NCBI GenBank assembly: GCA_016192685.1
Contig: JACPTS010000001.1
Span: 458,628-522,627 of the forward strand
Source: Candidatus Harrisonbacteria bacterium
Lineage (GTDB): Bacteria; Patescibacteriota; Minisyncoccia; UBA6257; 02-FULL-45-10c
Direction of reading: 5' to 3'
Length of the DNA: 64,000 nt
Shown here: positions 48,937 through 57,622 of the stretch, piece after piece
Layout of the letters: every line of letters starts with the position of its first letter
Position numbering within the stretch: the stretch's first letter is position 1
The notes under the pieces: model-generated
Database searches by the model: none
The model's input: only the letters and a program-made list of their open reading frames with translations
What the model was told of the DNA's origin: nothing
Program-made: the position numbers and the translations under genes

Positions 48937-50739
48937 GTGAATCGTACTTCAATGGGATTGATTTTATGGGTTGGCGTTTTTCTGCTGTTATTTAATTTTT
49001 CCAATGCCTTGAGAAAAATTGATCAGCCGGAAAAGGTGTCGGCATCGGAAATCAAAACTCATTTTCTTTCTGGTAAAGTTAAAGGTGTTGTTTTTGAGAT
49101 TGAAACTTTGAATGTCCAATGGGAGGAGCCTGCCAATAATCCGCCGGCAATTAAAAAATTTATTGCTCGAGCTGCCGGACAAGGCCATTTTAATGAATTA
49201 GTGGCTTTAGCCGAAAAAGAGAAAATTCCTTTTGATCCGGCTCCGCCGCCAAATTATTTTTGGCAGTCTTTGCTTAGCAATCTTTTGTGGGTGGTATTGC
49301 TGGTTGTTTTCTGGATTTGGATGATGAAAAAACAAACCGAACAAGTATCCGGCCGAGGAGGGCCGTTCGGTTTCGGCCAATCAAAGGCAAAGTTAATTGC
49401 GCAGAAGGCAGAAAAAACTTTTGCCGATGTGGCAGGCTGTGAAGAAGCTAAGGAAGAAATTAAAGAAATTGTTGATTTTTTAAAAAACCCGTCCGGTTTT
49501 GCTCGTTTAGGAGCCAGGATTCCCAAGGGAGTGCTTTTATACGGCCTTCCGGGAACCGGAAAAACTCTTTTAGCTAAGGCGGTTGCCGGAGAAGCCGGAG
49601 TTCCGTTTTTATCAACTAACGGCTCAAAATTCATTGAAATGTTTGTCGGCGTCGGCGCTTCCAGGGTAAGGGATTTATTTGAAAGCGCGAGAAAATTAGC
49701 TCCTTGCGTGGTGTTTATTGATGAAATTGACGCGGTGGGCAAAAAAAGAGGTTTTGCCATTGGCGGCGGCCATGACGAAAGAGAGCAAACCCTGGATGCT
49801 TTATTGGAAGAATTAGACGGTTTTGATAAAAATTGCGGCATTGTGGTGATGGCGGCGACTAACCGGCCGGATATTCTAGACGAAGCTTTGGTTCGGCCAG
49901 GGAGATTTGACCGCCAAATTATGGTTCCCAAACCGGAATTAACCGGCAGAGAAATGATTTTAAAAATTCACGCCAGAAATGCCGTCCTTGGTCCGGAGGT
50001 TAATTTATTGGAAGTTGCCAAAGATACGGCCGGAATGGTTGGCGCGGACTTGGAAAACGTTGTTAATGAGGCGGTATTGATCGCCACCAGAAAAAAGAAA
50101 GATTATGTTGAGCAGTCGGATTTCAGCGAGGCCGTGGATAAAGTATCCATGGGTCCGGCAAGAAAATCGGTAAAACTTACCGAAAAAGAAAAACAGCGCA
50201 CTGCTTATCACGAAGCCGGCCATACTTTGGCGGCTATGCTTACTGAAGGAGCGGACCCGGTCCACAAAGTCACGATTATACCGCGCGGTCCGGCGCTGGG
50301 TTTTACCAAGCAGTTGCCGGAAGACAGGCATTCTATTACCAAAAAGGAGTTAGAAGCAATGGTGGCGGTTTGCGTTGCCGGACGGGCCGCGGAAGAAGTG
50401 AAATTCGGAGAAATTACCACTGGCCACTCCAATGATTTTGAGAAGGCCACGCTTCTTTTAAAGAAAATGATTTATGAACTTGGCATGGATGAGGAAACGG
50501 GTATGGCGGTTTATAAAGAGAAAGCTGATTTTTGGGGAAATCCCACCGGCCTGGACGCTTCTCAAAAAACTAAGGAGCTTTTAGAAAGGGCAGTAAAAAC
50601 AAAATTAGCTAAGATTTATAATGATGTTAAAGAACTTTTGGTAAGAGAAGTGAATAAGCTTGATAAGTTAGCCGGCCAGCTTATGGAAAAAGAAACATTG
50701 GATGCCAATGAAATTCGGGCTATTATAAATTCCTCCTAA
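48937..50739 (+). CDS. ftsH: ATP-dependent zinc metalloprotease FtsH
   Basis: Two TMs, GLPGTGKT, FIDEIDA, RPGRFDR, HEAGH. Confidence 0.95.
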   Translation: MNRTSMGLILWVGVFLLLFNFSNALRKIDQPEKVSASEIKTHFLSGKVKGVVFEIETLNVQWEEPANNPPAIKKFIARAAGQGHFNELVALAEKEKIPFDPAPPPNYFWQSLLSNLLWVVLLVVFWIWMMKKQTEQVSGRGGPFGFGQSKAKLIAQKAEKTFADVAGCEEAKEEIKEIVDFLKNPSGFARLGARIPKGVLLYGLPGTGKTLLAKAVAGEAGVPFLSTNGSKFIEMFVGVGASRVRDLFESARKLAPCVVFIDEIDAVGKKRGFAIGGGHDEREQTLDALLEELDGFDKNCGIVVMAATNRPDILDEALVRPGRFDRQIMVPKPELTGREMILKIHARNAVLGPEVNLLEVAKDTAGMVGADLENVVNEAVLIATRKKKDYVEQSDFSEAVDKVSMGPARKSVKLTEKEKQRTAYHEAGHTLAAMLTEGADPVHKVTIIPRGPALGFTKQLPEDRHSITKKELEAMVAVCVAGRAAEEVKFGEITTGHSNDFEKATLLLKKMIYELGMDEETGMAVYKEKADFWGNPTGLDASQKTKELLERAVKTKLAKIYNDVKELLVREVNKLDKLAGQLMEKETLDANEIRAIINSS

Positions 50740-50767
50740 CGGAGGAATTTTTGTTATAATAAATCCG

Positions 50768-52945
50768 ATGTATCTTAAACATTTGGAATTGATAGGTTTT
50801 AAATCTTTTGCCCCTAAAACCATTTTGGATTTTCCGGCGGGCATTATCGGAATCGTCGGTCCCAACGGCAGCGGCAAAAGCAATATTATTGACGCAGTTC
50901 GCTGGATTTTAGGCGAACGGGAAGCCAAGAATCTTCGCGGCGGAAAAGCCGAAGATTTAATTTTTGCCGGCACTCCCAAGAGGCCGCGGATGGGCATGGC
51001 GCAGGTGACGCTTACTTTTGATAATGCCTCCGGATTTTTCCCGGTGGATTACAAAGAAGTTTCTATTCAACGCCGGATTGAGCGGGACGGTAATTCCCAT
51101 TATTTTTTGAATAAAGCTGAAGTCCGCTTGCGGGATATTATTGATTTTTTCGCGAAAGTCCGGCTCGGCACCCGCGGGCTTTCTATCATTAACCAGGGTT
51201 CCAGCGATTTATTTGTCCGGGCTGCTCCGGAAGAGCGGCGGGCGATGATTGAAGAAATTTTAGGTTTGCGGCAATACCAATTAAAAAAGCATGAAGCTGA
51301 CCGGAAATTAAAAAACACCCGGATTAACATTGAAAAAGTGCGGGCGATGATTGAGGAGGTGGCGCCCCACCTTAGGTTTTTAAAGCGGCAGACCGCCAAA
51401 TGGGGAAAGCTTTCCGATTTGGAAAAAGAAATAAAAGACCTGGAAAATATTTATTTTGCCCATAAATTGAAAGAAATTCGGGAGGGCGTTGAGAGATTGG
51501 ATCCCCAGATTAAAAAATTAGACAGCGAAATCGGCGGCAAACAAAATCAACTGCGGGTTTTGAAAATGGTCGTGGAAAAAATTGAAGCCGGAAAGCCGGG
51601 AAAAAATTCCGGCGGTGAATTGCGGAAAAAGCGGGAAGTTTTGCTCCAGGAACGTTCGGAGATTGAAAGGGAAGTCGGCAAATTGGAAGCGAAAATTGAA
51701 TTTTTGAATTCGGTAGCGGCCAGCGAAAATTTAGACCTGCGCTCCGGCGAACTTTTAACGGTTTTGGAAGAAGTAAAAGACAGTCTGGAAAAGCTGATGC
51801 AAGAAAAGAATTTAGAAAAGGTTCATTCGGATTTGCGGGCGCTGCTGGAGAAAGTGGCCGGCGTTACTGACCGGTCTTCAAAAAAGAAAAACGAAATTGC
51901 TGATTTAAAATCAGTCAAAGATGCTTTGTTAAAAAAGCTGGTTCCGATCCGGGACGAACTATCCGCTTTAACCTCTAAGGAAGAAGCCTCGGCAAAAGAA
52001 TTTGAAGAGTTTAACGACCAATTCCGCGGCGCTTTTGAAAAAATGGAAATTAAGAAAGAAGAAATTTCCGGATTAGACAAAGAAAAAAATAAGCTGCTTT
52101 TTGATTTAGAGCGATTTAATCTTAGAAAACAGGATTTGGAAATGCAGATAAATCAGATTGGCAGAAAGTTGGACGAGTTTATAAGTCCAATAAGTCCTAT
52201 AGGTCTTATAGACGATTTACCGGCGCTGGAAAGGAAGATGCTTAGGCTTCGTTCGGAAATCGCCGGGATTGGGGAGGTGGACCAGGCTTTAATTAAAGAG
52301 GCCGAGGAAACCGAAACCCGCCATAATTTTTTGGCTGGCCAGCTGGCGGATTTGGAAAAAGCGGCCACCGACCTGGAACAGCTGATTCAAGAGTTGGAAG
52401 AAAAAATTGATAATGAATTCCAGCAATCTTTCAGGAAAATCAATACGGAATTTGATAAATTTTTTAATTTGATGTTCGGCGGCGGCAAAGCGAAATTGGT
52501 TTTAGAAAAGCCTGAGCCGAAAGTCCAGGCGGCGGTGGAGGGGGTAACGGATCCGGAAATGAAAGAGCATCGGAAGGAAACCGAAGATTTGGAAACCGAG
52601 GAATTAAAGCAAACCGGAATTGAAATTGATTTAAGCTTGCCGCGGAAACGGATTCATGGATTGGATATGCTCTCCGGCGGCGAAAAAAGTTTGGTTTCCA
52701 TTGCGGCCCTTTTTGCCTTGATTTCGGTCAGCCCGCCGCCGTTTTTGGTACTGGATGAAGTGGACGCGGCTTTGGATGAAAAAAATACCAAGCGGTTTGC
52801 CGATATTGTCCGGGATTTTTCAAAAAAAACCCAGTTTTTAATTGTCACCCATAACCGCGCCACCATGGAAGCCGCTAATATTCTTTACGGCGTCACGATG
52901 GAAGAAGACGGAGTATCTAAAGTTTTATCATTAAAGCTTGAATAG
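50768..52945 (+). CDS. smc: SMC family ATPase (short form)
   Basis: GFKSF, GPNGSGKSN, INQG, LSGGEKS, LDEVDAALD. Confidence 0.92.
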   Translation: MYLKHLELIGFKSFAPKTILDFPAGIIGIVGPNGSGKSNIIDAVRWILGEREAKNLRGGKAEDLIFAGTPKRPRMGMAQVTLTFDNASGFFPVDYKEVSIQRRIERDGNSHYFLNKAEVRLRDIIDFFAKVRLGTRGLSIINQGSSDLFVRAAPEERRAMIEEILGLRQYQLKKHEADRKLKNTRINIEKVRAMIEEVAPHLRFLKRQTAKWGKLSDLEKEIKDLENIYFAHKLKEIREGVERLDPQIKKLDSEIGGKQNQLRVLKMVVEKIEAGKPGKNSGGELRKKREVLLQERSEIEREVGKLEAKIEFLNSVAASENLDLRSGELLTVLEEVKDSLEKLMQEKNLEKVHSDLRALLEKVAGVTDRSSKKKNEIADLKSVKDALLKKLVPIRDELSALTSKEEASAKEFEEFNDQFRGAFEKMEIKKEEISGLDKEKNKLLFDLERFNLRKQDLEMQINQIGRKLDEFISPISPIGLIDDLPALERKMLRLRSEIAGIGEVDQALIKEAEETETRHNFLAGQLADLEKAATDLEQLIQELEEKIDNEFQQSFRKINTEFDKFFNLMFGGGKAKLVLEKPEPKVQAAVEGVTDPEMKEHRKETEDLETEELKQTGIEIDLSLPRKRIHGLDMLSGGEKSLVSIAALFALISVSPPPFLVLDEVDAALDEKNTKRFADIVRDFSKKTQFLIVTHNRATMEAANILYGVTMEEDGVSKVLSLKLE

Positions 52946-52994
52946 AGGATGCTTGACACTAAAAGCTAAAACCTATAAGCTAAAAGCTACTTTT

Positions 52995-53333
52995 ATGTTA
53001 ATGATTCGTCTCCAGCGCCGAGGGAAAAAGCACCAAGCGGCTTATCGCGTGGTGGTCGGCGAGAAAAGATCTAAATTGCTCGGCAAGCAGACCGATGATT
53101 TGGGCTGGTATGATCCGCATTCTGCCAAATTGGATTTGAATAAAGACCGCCTTCAACACTGGCTTTCCGCGGGAGCCAAAATGAGTGATACCGTGAATAA
53201 TCTTTTAGTTAGTGCTGGTATGGTTCCGGGTAAAAAAATTGCAGTTCATAAAAAAGCGCAAATTTCCGGCGGCCAAAAATCTGAAGCAGCTCCAGCAGTT
53301 GCTGAAACTCCAAAAACTGAAACGTCAAAATAG
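52995..53333 (+). CDS. rpsP: 30S ribosomal protein S16
   Basis: MLMIRLQRRGKK...YRVVV, LGWYDP, WL..GA.MSDTV. Confidence 0.95.
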   Translation: MLMIRLQRRGKKHQAAYRVVVGEKRSKLLGKQTDDLGWYDPHSAKLDLNKDRLQHWLSAGAKMSDTVNNLLVSAGMVPGKKIAVHKKAQISGGQKSEAAPAVAETPKTETSK

Positions 53334-53414
53334 GATTTGACAAATATTTTATTATCTGATATATTATTATAAATTAGCTCAAAGGTCGGTAAAGGTAAGT
53401 AAATAAAATCAAGA

Positions 53415-53747
53415 ATGTTCGGAAAAGCTAAAGATAAAGATATGGCACAGAAACCACATGATCAGGAATTTCTGGAATATCTCGTCAAGTCTATTGTTGA
53501 GAATCCAGATAAAGTAGAAGTTGACCGTAAGGTAGACGAAATGGGAGTTCTGCTTTCTTTGAAAGTGGACCCGAAAGATATGGGTCTGGTTGTCGGAAGA
53601 CAAGGTTCCACGGCCAAGGCCATCCGCTCGCTTTTGAGAATCGTCGGCGTTCGGAATAACGCCCGCGTTAATCTCAAGATTGAAGAGCCGGAAGGTTCTA
53701 CCCGCGGTCCGCGCATGGAGCGCGGAGACAGAGATATGAATCTCTAA
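53415..53747 (+). CDS. khpA: KH domain RNA-binding protein (KhpA-like)
   Basis: DMGLVVGRQGSTAKAIR; between rpsP and trmD; start may be 53442. Confidence 0.88.
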   Translation: MFGKAKDKDMAQKPHDQEFLEYLVKSIVENPDKVEVDRKVDEMGVLLSLKVDPKDMGLVVGRQGSTAKAIRSLLRIVGVRNNARVNLKIEEPEGSTRGPRMERGDRDMNL

Positions 53748-53828
53748 AAGTATTTCGCTAAAATCCCCCAAAGCGGGGGATTTTAGTTTATAATAAGTCT
53801 TATAGACTTATCGGACTTATTTAATTTT

Positions 53829-54488
53829 ATGCGTTTTGATATAATAACAATTTTCCCGAAAATTTTAGATTCTTATTTCAGCGAATCACTTTTAAAAAAA
53901 GCCCAAGATAAGGGTTTAATTAAAATTCAAATTCATAATCTTAGAGATTTCACCGGCGATAAACATCATAAGGTTGACGATACGCCGTATGGCGGCGGGC
54001 CTGGGATGGTATTAAAAGCTGAACCGGTTTATAAGGCGGTTCAAGCTATAAAGTTAAAAGTTAAAAGTTCTAAGTTAAAAGTTAGGACAATTTTATTGTC
54101 CTTGCGCGGCAAAAAGTTTGACCAGAAAGAAGCGCATCGTTTGGCAAAATACGGCCAATTGGTTTTTATTTGCGGCCGTTATGAGGGCGTGGATGAGCGG
54201 GTGGCAAAATATGTGGCGGATGAGGAGCTGTCAATCGGTGATTATGTGCTTTCCGGCGGCGAATTGCCGGCTGCGATTGTGATTGAAGCAGTGAGCCGGC
54301 TTATTCCCGGCATGCTTGGAAAATCCGAGTCTTTGGAGGAGCGCAAGGGAACTTATCCGGTTTATACCAAGCCGGAAAGAATAGAGTTGAAAGTGAAAAG
54401 TGGAAAGTTAAAAGTATTTAAAGTTCCGCCAATTTTGTTATCCGGAGACCATAAAAAAATTGAAGAATGGAGGGAGAAAAATTCTTAG
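53829..54488 (+). CDS. trmD: tRNA (guanine-N1)-methyltransferase
   Basis: VDDTPYGGGPGMV, CGRYEGVDER, SIGDYVLSGGE, LLSGDH. Confidence 0.97.
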   Translation: MRFDIITIFPKILDSYFSESLLKKAQDKGLIKIQIHNLRDFTGDKHHKVDDTPYGGGPGMVLKAEPVYKAVQAIKLKVKSSKLKVRTILLSLRGKKFDQKEAHRLAKYGQLVFICGRYEGVDERVAKYVADEELSIGDYVLSGGELPAAIVIEAVSRLIPGMLGKSESLEERKGTYPVYTKPERIELKVKSGKLKVFKVPPILLSGDHKKIEEWREKNS

Positions 54489-54531
54489 GGGCTTGCGGTA
54501 ATTACTAAGTTTATATATAATGTAACTCTAT

Positions 54532-55296
54532 ATGGAAGATTTATTGACTAGGGAAGAATTAAATAATAATCCGGATAACTTGCCGGTTCTGGAAGAAATG
54601 ATGAAGGCCGGTTTGTTTGTCGGCCGCAGGAGTTCTAAAACTCATCCGAAAATGCGGGGTTTTATTTTAGGCATCCGGAATAAATCTTCGTTAATTGATT
54701 TGGAAGAGACTTTGAAAATGCTGGAAAAAGCAATGGAATTTATAAAAACTAAAGCCGCGGAAAAAGAAGGGAATATTTTATTAGTCGGTACCGCGCCGGT
54801 GGCTAAAAACTCCGTTGAAAAAACCGCCAAACAGCTGGATTTGCCTTTTGTAACGGAGCGTTGGCTGGGCGGGACTTTGACTAATTTTAAGACTTTGTCA
54901 AAAAGGATTGTTTATTTCAAAAAATTAAAAAGCGATAAAGAGGCGGGACGGCTGGATAAATATACCAAAAAAGAACGTTTGGATATTGACCGTCAAATTC
55001 AAAAAATGACCACGATGTTTAGCGGCGTGGAGAAAATGGAATCTTTGCCGGCGGCGCTTTTCGTGGCTGACGTTAATGCGCATTTGACTGCGGTCAGGGA
55101 AGCGAGGCGTTTGAAAATCCCCATTGTCGGGATTATGAATACCGATACTGACCCGGAATTAGTAGACTATCCGATTCTTGCCAATGATCGCAGTAAAGTC
55201 AGCATTGATTGGATTTTAGCGCGTCTGGAAAAGGCGGTGGAAGAAGGACGGGCGCTGGCAAGAGAAGCGGGAAAAGCCGAAGATAAAAAAAGTTAA
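54532..55296 (+). CDS. rpsB: 30S ribosomal protein S2
   Basis: HPKM, ERWLGGTLTNF, A.REA..L.IP, NTD.DP..VDY.I.AND. Confidence 0.96.
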   Translation: MEDLLTREELNNNPDNLPVLEEMMKAGLFVGRRSSKTHPKMRGFILGIRNKSSLIDLEETLKMLEKAMEFIKTKAAEKEGNILLVGTAPVAKNSVEKTAKQLDLPFVTERWLGGTLTNFKTLSKRIVYFKKLKSDKEAGRLDKYTKKERLDIDRQIQKMTTMFSGVEKMESLPAALFVADVNAHLTAVREARRLKIPIVGIMNTDTDPELVDYPILANDRSKVSIDWILARLEKAVEEGRALAREAGKAEDKKS

Positions 55297-55298
55297 TC

Positions 55299-55739
55299 GT
55301 GACTACTGTTATCCAAAAATTAAGGGAGGAAACCGGCGCCGGAGTGATGGATTGCAAGCGGGCTTTGGAGGAAGCCGGCGGAGATTTTAATTTAGCGAAA
55401 CAACTTATTGAAAAACAGGGGCTGGTGAAAGCGGCCAAAAAAGCCGAGCGGGCCACTGGCGCTGGCCTTTTAGAGGCTTATGTGCATAACGGCCGGGTCG
55501 GAGTTTTGCTGGAGCTTCGTTCCGAAACTGATTTTGTTGCTCACTCGGAGCCTGTTAAAGCGTTAGCCCATAATTTGGCGCTTCACGTTGCGGCTATGGC
55601 TCCGGAGACGGTTGATGATTTATTAAAACAGCCGTATGCGAGGGATGAGGCAAAAACCGTAGAGGAAGTAATTAAGGGAACGATTGCTATAGTTGGTGAG
55701 AATTTAAAGGTGGCCAGATTTTCCCGATATCAGATATAA
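55299..55739 (+). CDS. tsf: Elongation factor Ts (short, 146 aa)
   Basis: LREETGAGVMDCKRAL, EL.SETDFVA, GENL.V.RF.R; follows rpsB. Confidence 0.93.
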   Translation: MTTVIQKLREETGAGVMDCKRALEEAGGDFNLAKQLIEKQGLVKAAKKAERATGAGLLEAYVHNGRVGVLLELRSETDFVAHSEPVKALAHNLALHVAAMAPETVDDLLKQPYARDEAKTVEEVIKGTIAIVGENLKVARFSRYQI

Positions 55740-55753
55740 GATATAATAGAATC

Positions 55754-56080
55754 GTGTACAACTTTATCCTTCAAACCATTGTAATGTTGAGCCTCGGCGC
55801 CTTGATTTATCTGGTGGCGCGGGCTGTACCGCGAGTTTCCGAAACCGAGATTAAAACTTTCTCTCCCGGTGATTCTCTTGATCGGTGGATTAAAAAGTTG
55901 CCGCTGGAAAAAATGGACGCTTGGTTAAGCAGCCAATTGGAAAAATTCTTGCGGAAATTTAAAGTAGCGGTTTTGAAATTAGATAATCTTTTAACTAAGC
56001 ATCTTTCTAATTTAAAATCCGTCGCTACCGAAGAAAAACCAACCTTATTTGAAAAAAAAGAGGACAATGATATAAAGTAA
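55754..56080 (+). CDS. Hypothetical membrane protein
   Basis: N-terminal TM; TATAAT 6 nt before GTG. Confidence 0.6.
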   Translation: MYNFILQTIVMLSLGALIYLVARAVPRVSETEIKTFSPGDSLDRWIKKLPLEKMDAWLSSQLEKFLRKFKVAVLKLDNLLTKHLSNLKSVATEEKPTLFEKKEDNDIK

Positions 56081-56092
56081 AAAGTAGAATCT

Positions 56093-56179
56093 GGGCAGAT
56101 ACCAAAGCGGTCAAATGGGACTGGCTGTAGACCAGTTGGCTTTACGCCTTCGGGGGTTCGAATCCCTCTCTGCCCACCA
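56093..56179 (+). tRNA. tRNA-Tyr(GTA) with encoded CCA
   Basis: GGGCAGA/TCTGCCC, ACTGG-CT GTA GA-CCAGT, long variable arm. Confidence 0.95.
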
Positions 56180-56240
56180 TTGAAATATAAAATTATCTTT
56201 GATAAGCTATTTTTAGCGTTAACCTTAAAAACCGAATAAG

Positions 56241-56486
56241 ATGACTCGTAATGAACTTATCTTAAAGATTCAAGCGGCTTCCAAAGAGGATGATAAAGAG
56301 TTTCAGGAAATTATCGCCACCCTGCTTGATCAAGGTTTTTTGACAGAAACAGATTTATGCCGAGAGATTGGTGCTTCAAAACCAACTATTCGCAGATGGA
56401 AAGAAGGAAAAAGTTCTCCGCTTCCGTTGATGCGACTACATCTTTTCAAACGATTGATTAAAAAACTTCAAGAAAACGACCTTTAA
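56241..56486 (+). CDS. XRE-type HTH protein
   Basis: LTETDLCREIGASKPTIRRWKEGKSSP. Confidence 0.7.
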   Translation: MTRNELILKIQAASKEDDKEFQEIIATLLDQGFLTETDLCREIGASKPTIRRWKEGKSSPLPLMRLHLFKRLIKKLQENDL

Positions 56487-56527
56487 AATAACTTGCGTCA
56501 GCAAGTTATTTTTAATATTCTAAGTTT

Positions 56528-56860
56528 ATGCCTTATATTGCCCCAAAAGACAGAAAAAAGATTGACCCGCTGATTGATAAATTGGCTGGCGCGATTGTAA
56601 AAGAAGCCAAAGAATCTAAATATGACGCCGCTTTTGCCGGTTTATTGAATTACACTTGCACTCGTTTAGCTTTGAAAGTCACCCGGGCTTTGTTCGGTAA
56701 AATGCGCTACTGGATTATTGCCACGGTTATCGGAACTTTTAACAATATCGCGGACGAATTTTACCGCCGGATCGGCCTTCCTTATGAAAATAAACAAATG
56801 AAAAAGAGCGGCGATGTTGATCTTTACGAGGAATATCAAAAGGAAATAGAGTTAGATTAA
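56528..56860 (+). CDS. Hypothetical protein (MPYI...YE...GDV family pattern)
   Basis: G.LNY..TRL, EFYRR...PYE....SGDV. Confidence 0.6.
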   Translation: MPYIAPKDRKKIDPLIDKLAGAIVKEAKESKYDAAFAGLLNYTCTRLALKVTRALFGKMRYWIIATVIGTFNNIADEFYRRIGLPYENKQMKKSGDVDLYEEYQKEIELD

Positions 56861-56869
56861 TTTTTGTAA

Positions 56870-56940
56870 GCCTCCTTAGCTTAGTGGCAAAGCAACGGTT
56901 TTGTAAACCGTAGACGTCAGTTCGATTCTGACAGGAGGCT
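56870..56940 (+). tRNA. tRNA-Thr(TGT)
   Basis: GCCTCCT/AGGAGGC, ACGGT-TT TGT AA-ACCGT, GTCAG TTCGATT CTGAC. Confidence 0.95.
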
Positions 56941-56988
56941 CAATTTGAAAAATATTTCTAAGACAGTTATAATTAATAACAGATTTTT

Positions 56989-57277
56989 GCCGATGTAGCT
57001 CAGTGGTAGAGCAACTCCATGGTGGGTCGCAAGATCCTGGGAAGTCAGACTTCCATCCGCCCATTCGCCGAGTAATTGGTGAATGAATCCCGAATAACGG
57101 TTAAAAACCAAGTCAAACTTGGCTAAGACCGTGGCCGCCGTAGGCGGCCCGAACGACTGACAAGGGGCTCCGGTAATTTCGGAGTAAGATACAGTCTAGT
57201 CCTCTTATAATCCCTTATTGGAGAAATAGAGGTGTAAGCGAAGGAGTAGGTCGTCGGTTCAATCCCGACCATCGGCT
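56989..57277 (+). tRNA. tRNA-Thr(GGT), split by group I intron (exons 56989-57023 and 57241-57277)
   Basis: GCCGATG/CATCGGC; joined arm ACTCC-AT GGT^AA-GGAGT; GTCGG TTCAATC CCGAC. Confidence 0.9.
57024..57240 (+). ncRNA. Group I intron (217 nt) at tRNA position 36/37
   Basis: Exon ends in U, intron ends in G; P7 GACTG/CAGTC in AACGACTG and AAGATACAGTCT; AATAACGGT..ACCGT P4-like pairing. Confidence 0.82.
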
Positions 57278-57321
57278 CAAATTTGATTTTTGAGTCAATA
57301 TAAAGTAAAATAAATTACTAT

Positions 57322-57492
57322 ATGAGCGAGTCAAAGTTTTCTAAAAACTTAATCAAGCTTCGGTGCGAAGTCTGCAAGATGGTTAATTATTATACCCGCA
57401 AGAATAAAAAGAAAGTGGAACGGAAGATTGAAACCAGCAAATTCTGCAAACATTGCCGGAGGCACACTAAACATAAAGAAGCCAAAAAATAA
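57322..57492 (+). CDS. rpmG: 50S ribosomal protein L33 (not in ORF track)
   Basis: [20 protein letters not shown]...[14 protein letters not shown]. Confidence 0.93.
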   Translation: MSESKFSKNLIKLRCEVCKMVNYYTRKNKKKVERKIETSKFCKHCRRHTKHKEAKK

Positions 57493-57551
57493 TCGAGCAC
57501 ATAAACTTGTTATGTGCTCGATTATTTTTTAGTATTAGAATATTCCTATAA

Positions 57552-57622
57552 GGGGGCGTCGTATAATGGTAGTACAGCGGTCTCCAAAACCGTTAGTCAG
57601 GGTTCGATTCCTTGCGCCCCCG
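57552..57622 (+). tRNA. tRNA-Trp(CCA), integration target
   Basis: GGGGGCG/CGCCCCC, G73, GCGGT-CT CCA AA-ACCGT. Confidence 0.95.

Noticed and set aside
49254-49931. 225-aa antisense ORF in ftsH and similar shadow ORFs in pilB, dnaE, gyrB and smc
   Set aside because: Antisense shadows of conserved genes caused by codon bias
57021-57242. Alternative splice giving anticodon GCG (Arg)
   Set aside because: The intron would end in A rather than the required G; acceptor stem and U73 match the neighbouring Thr tRNA
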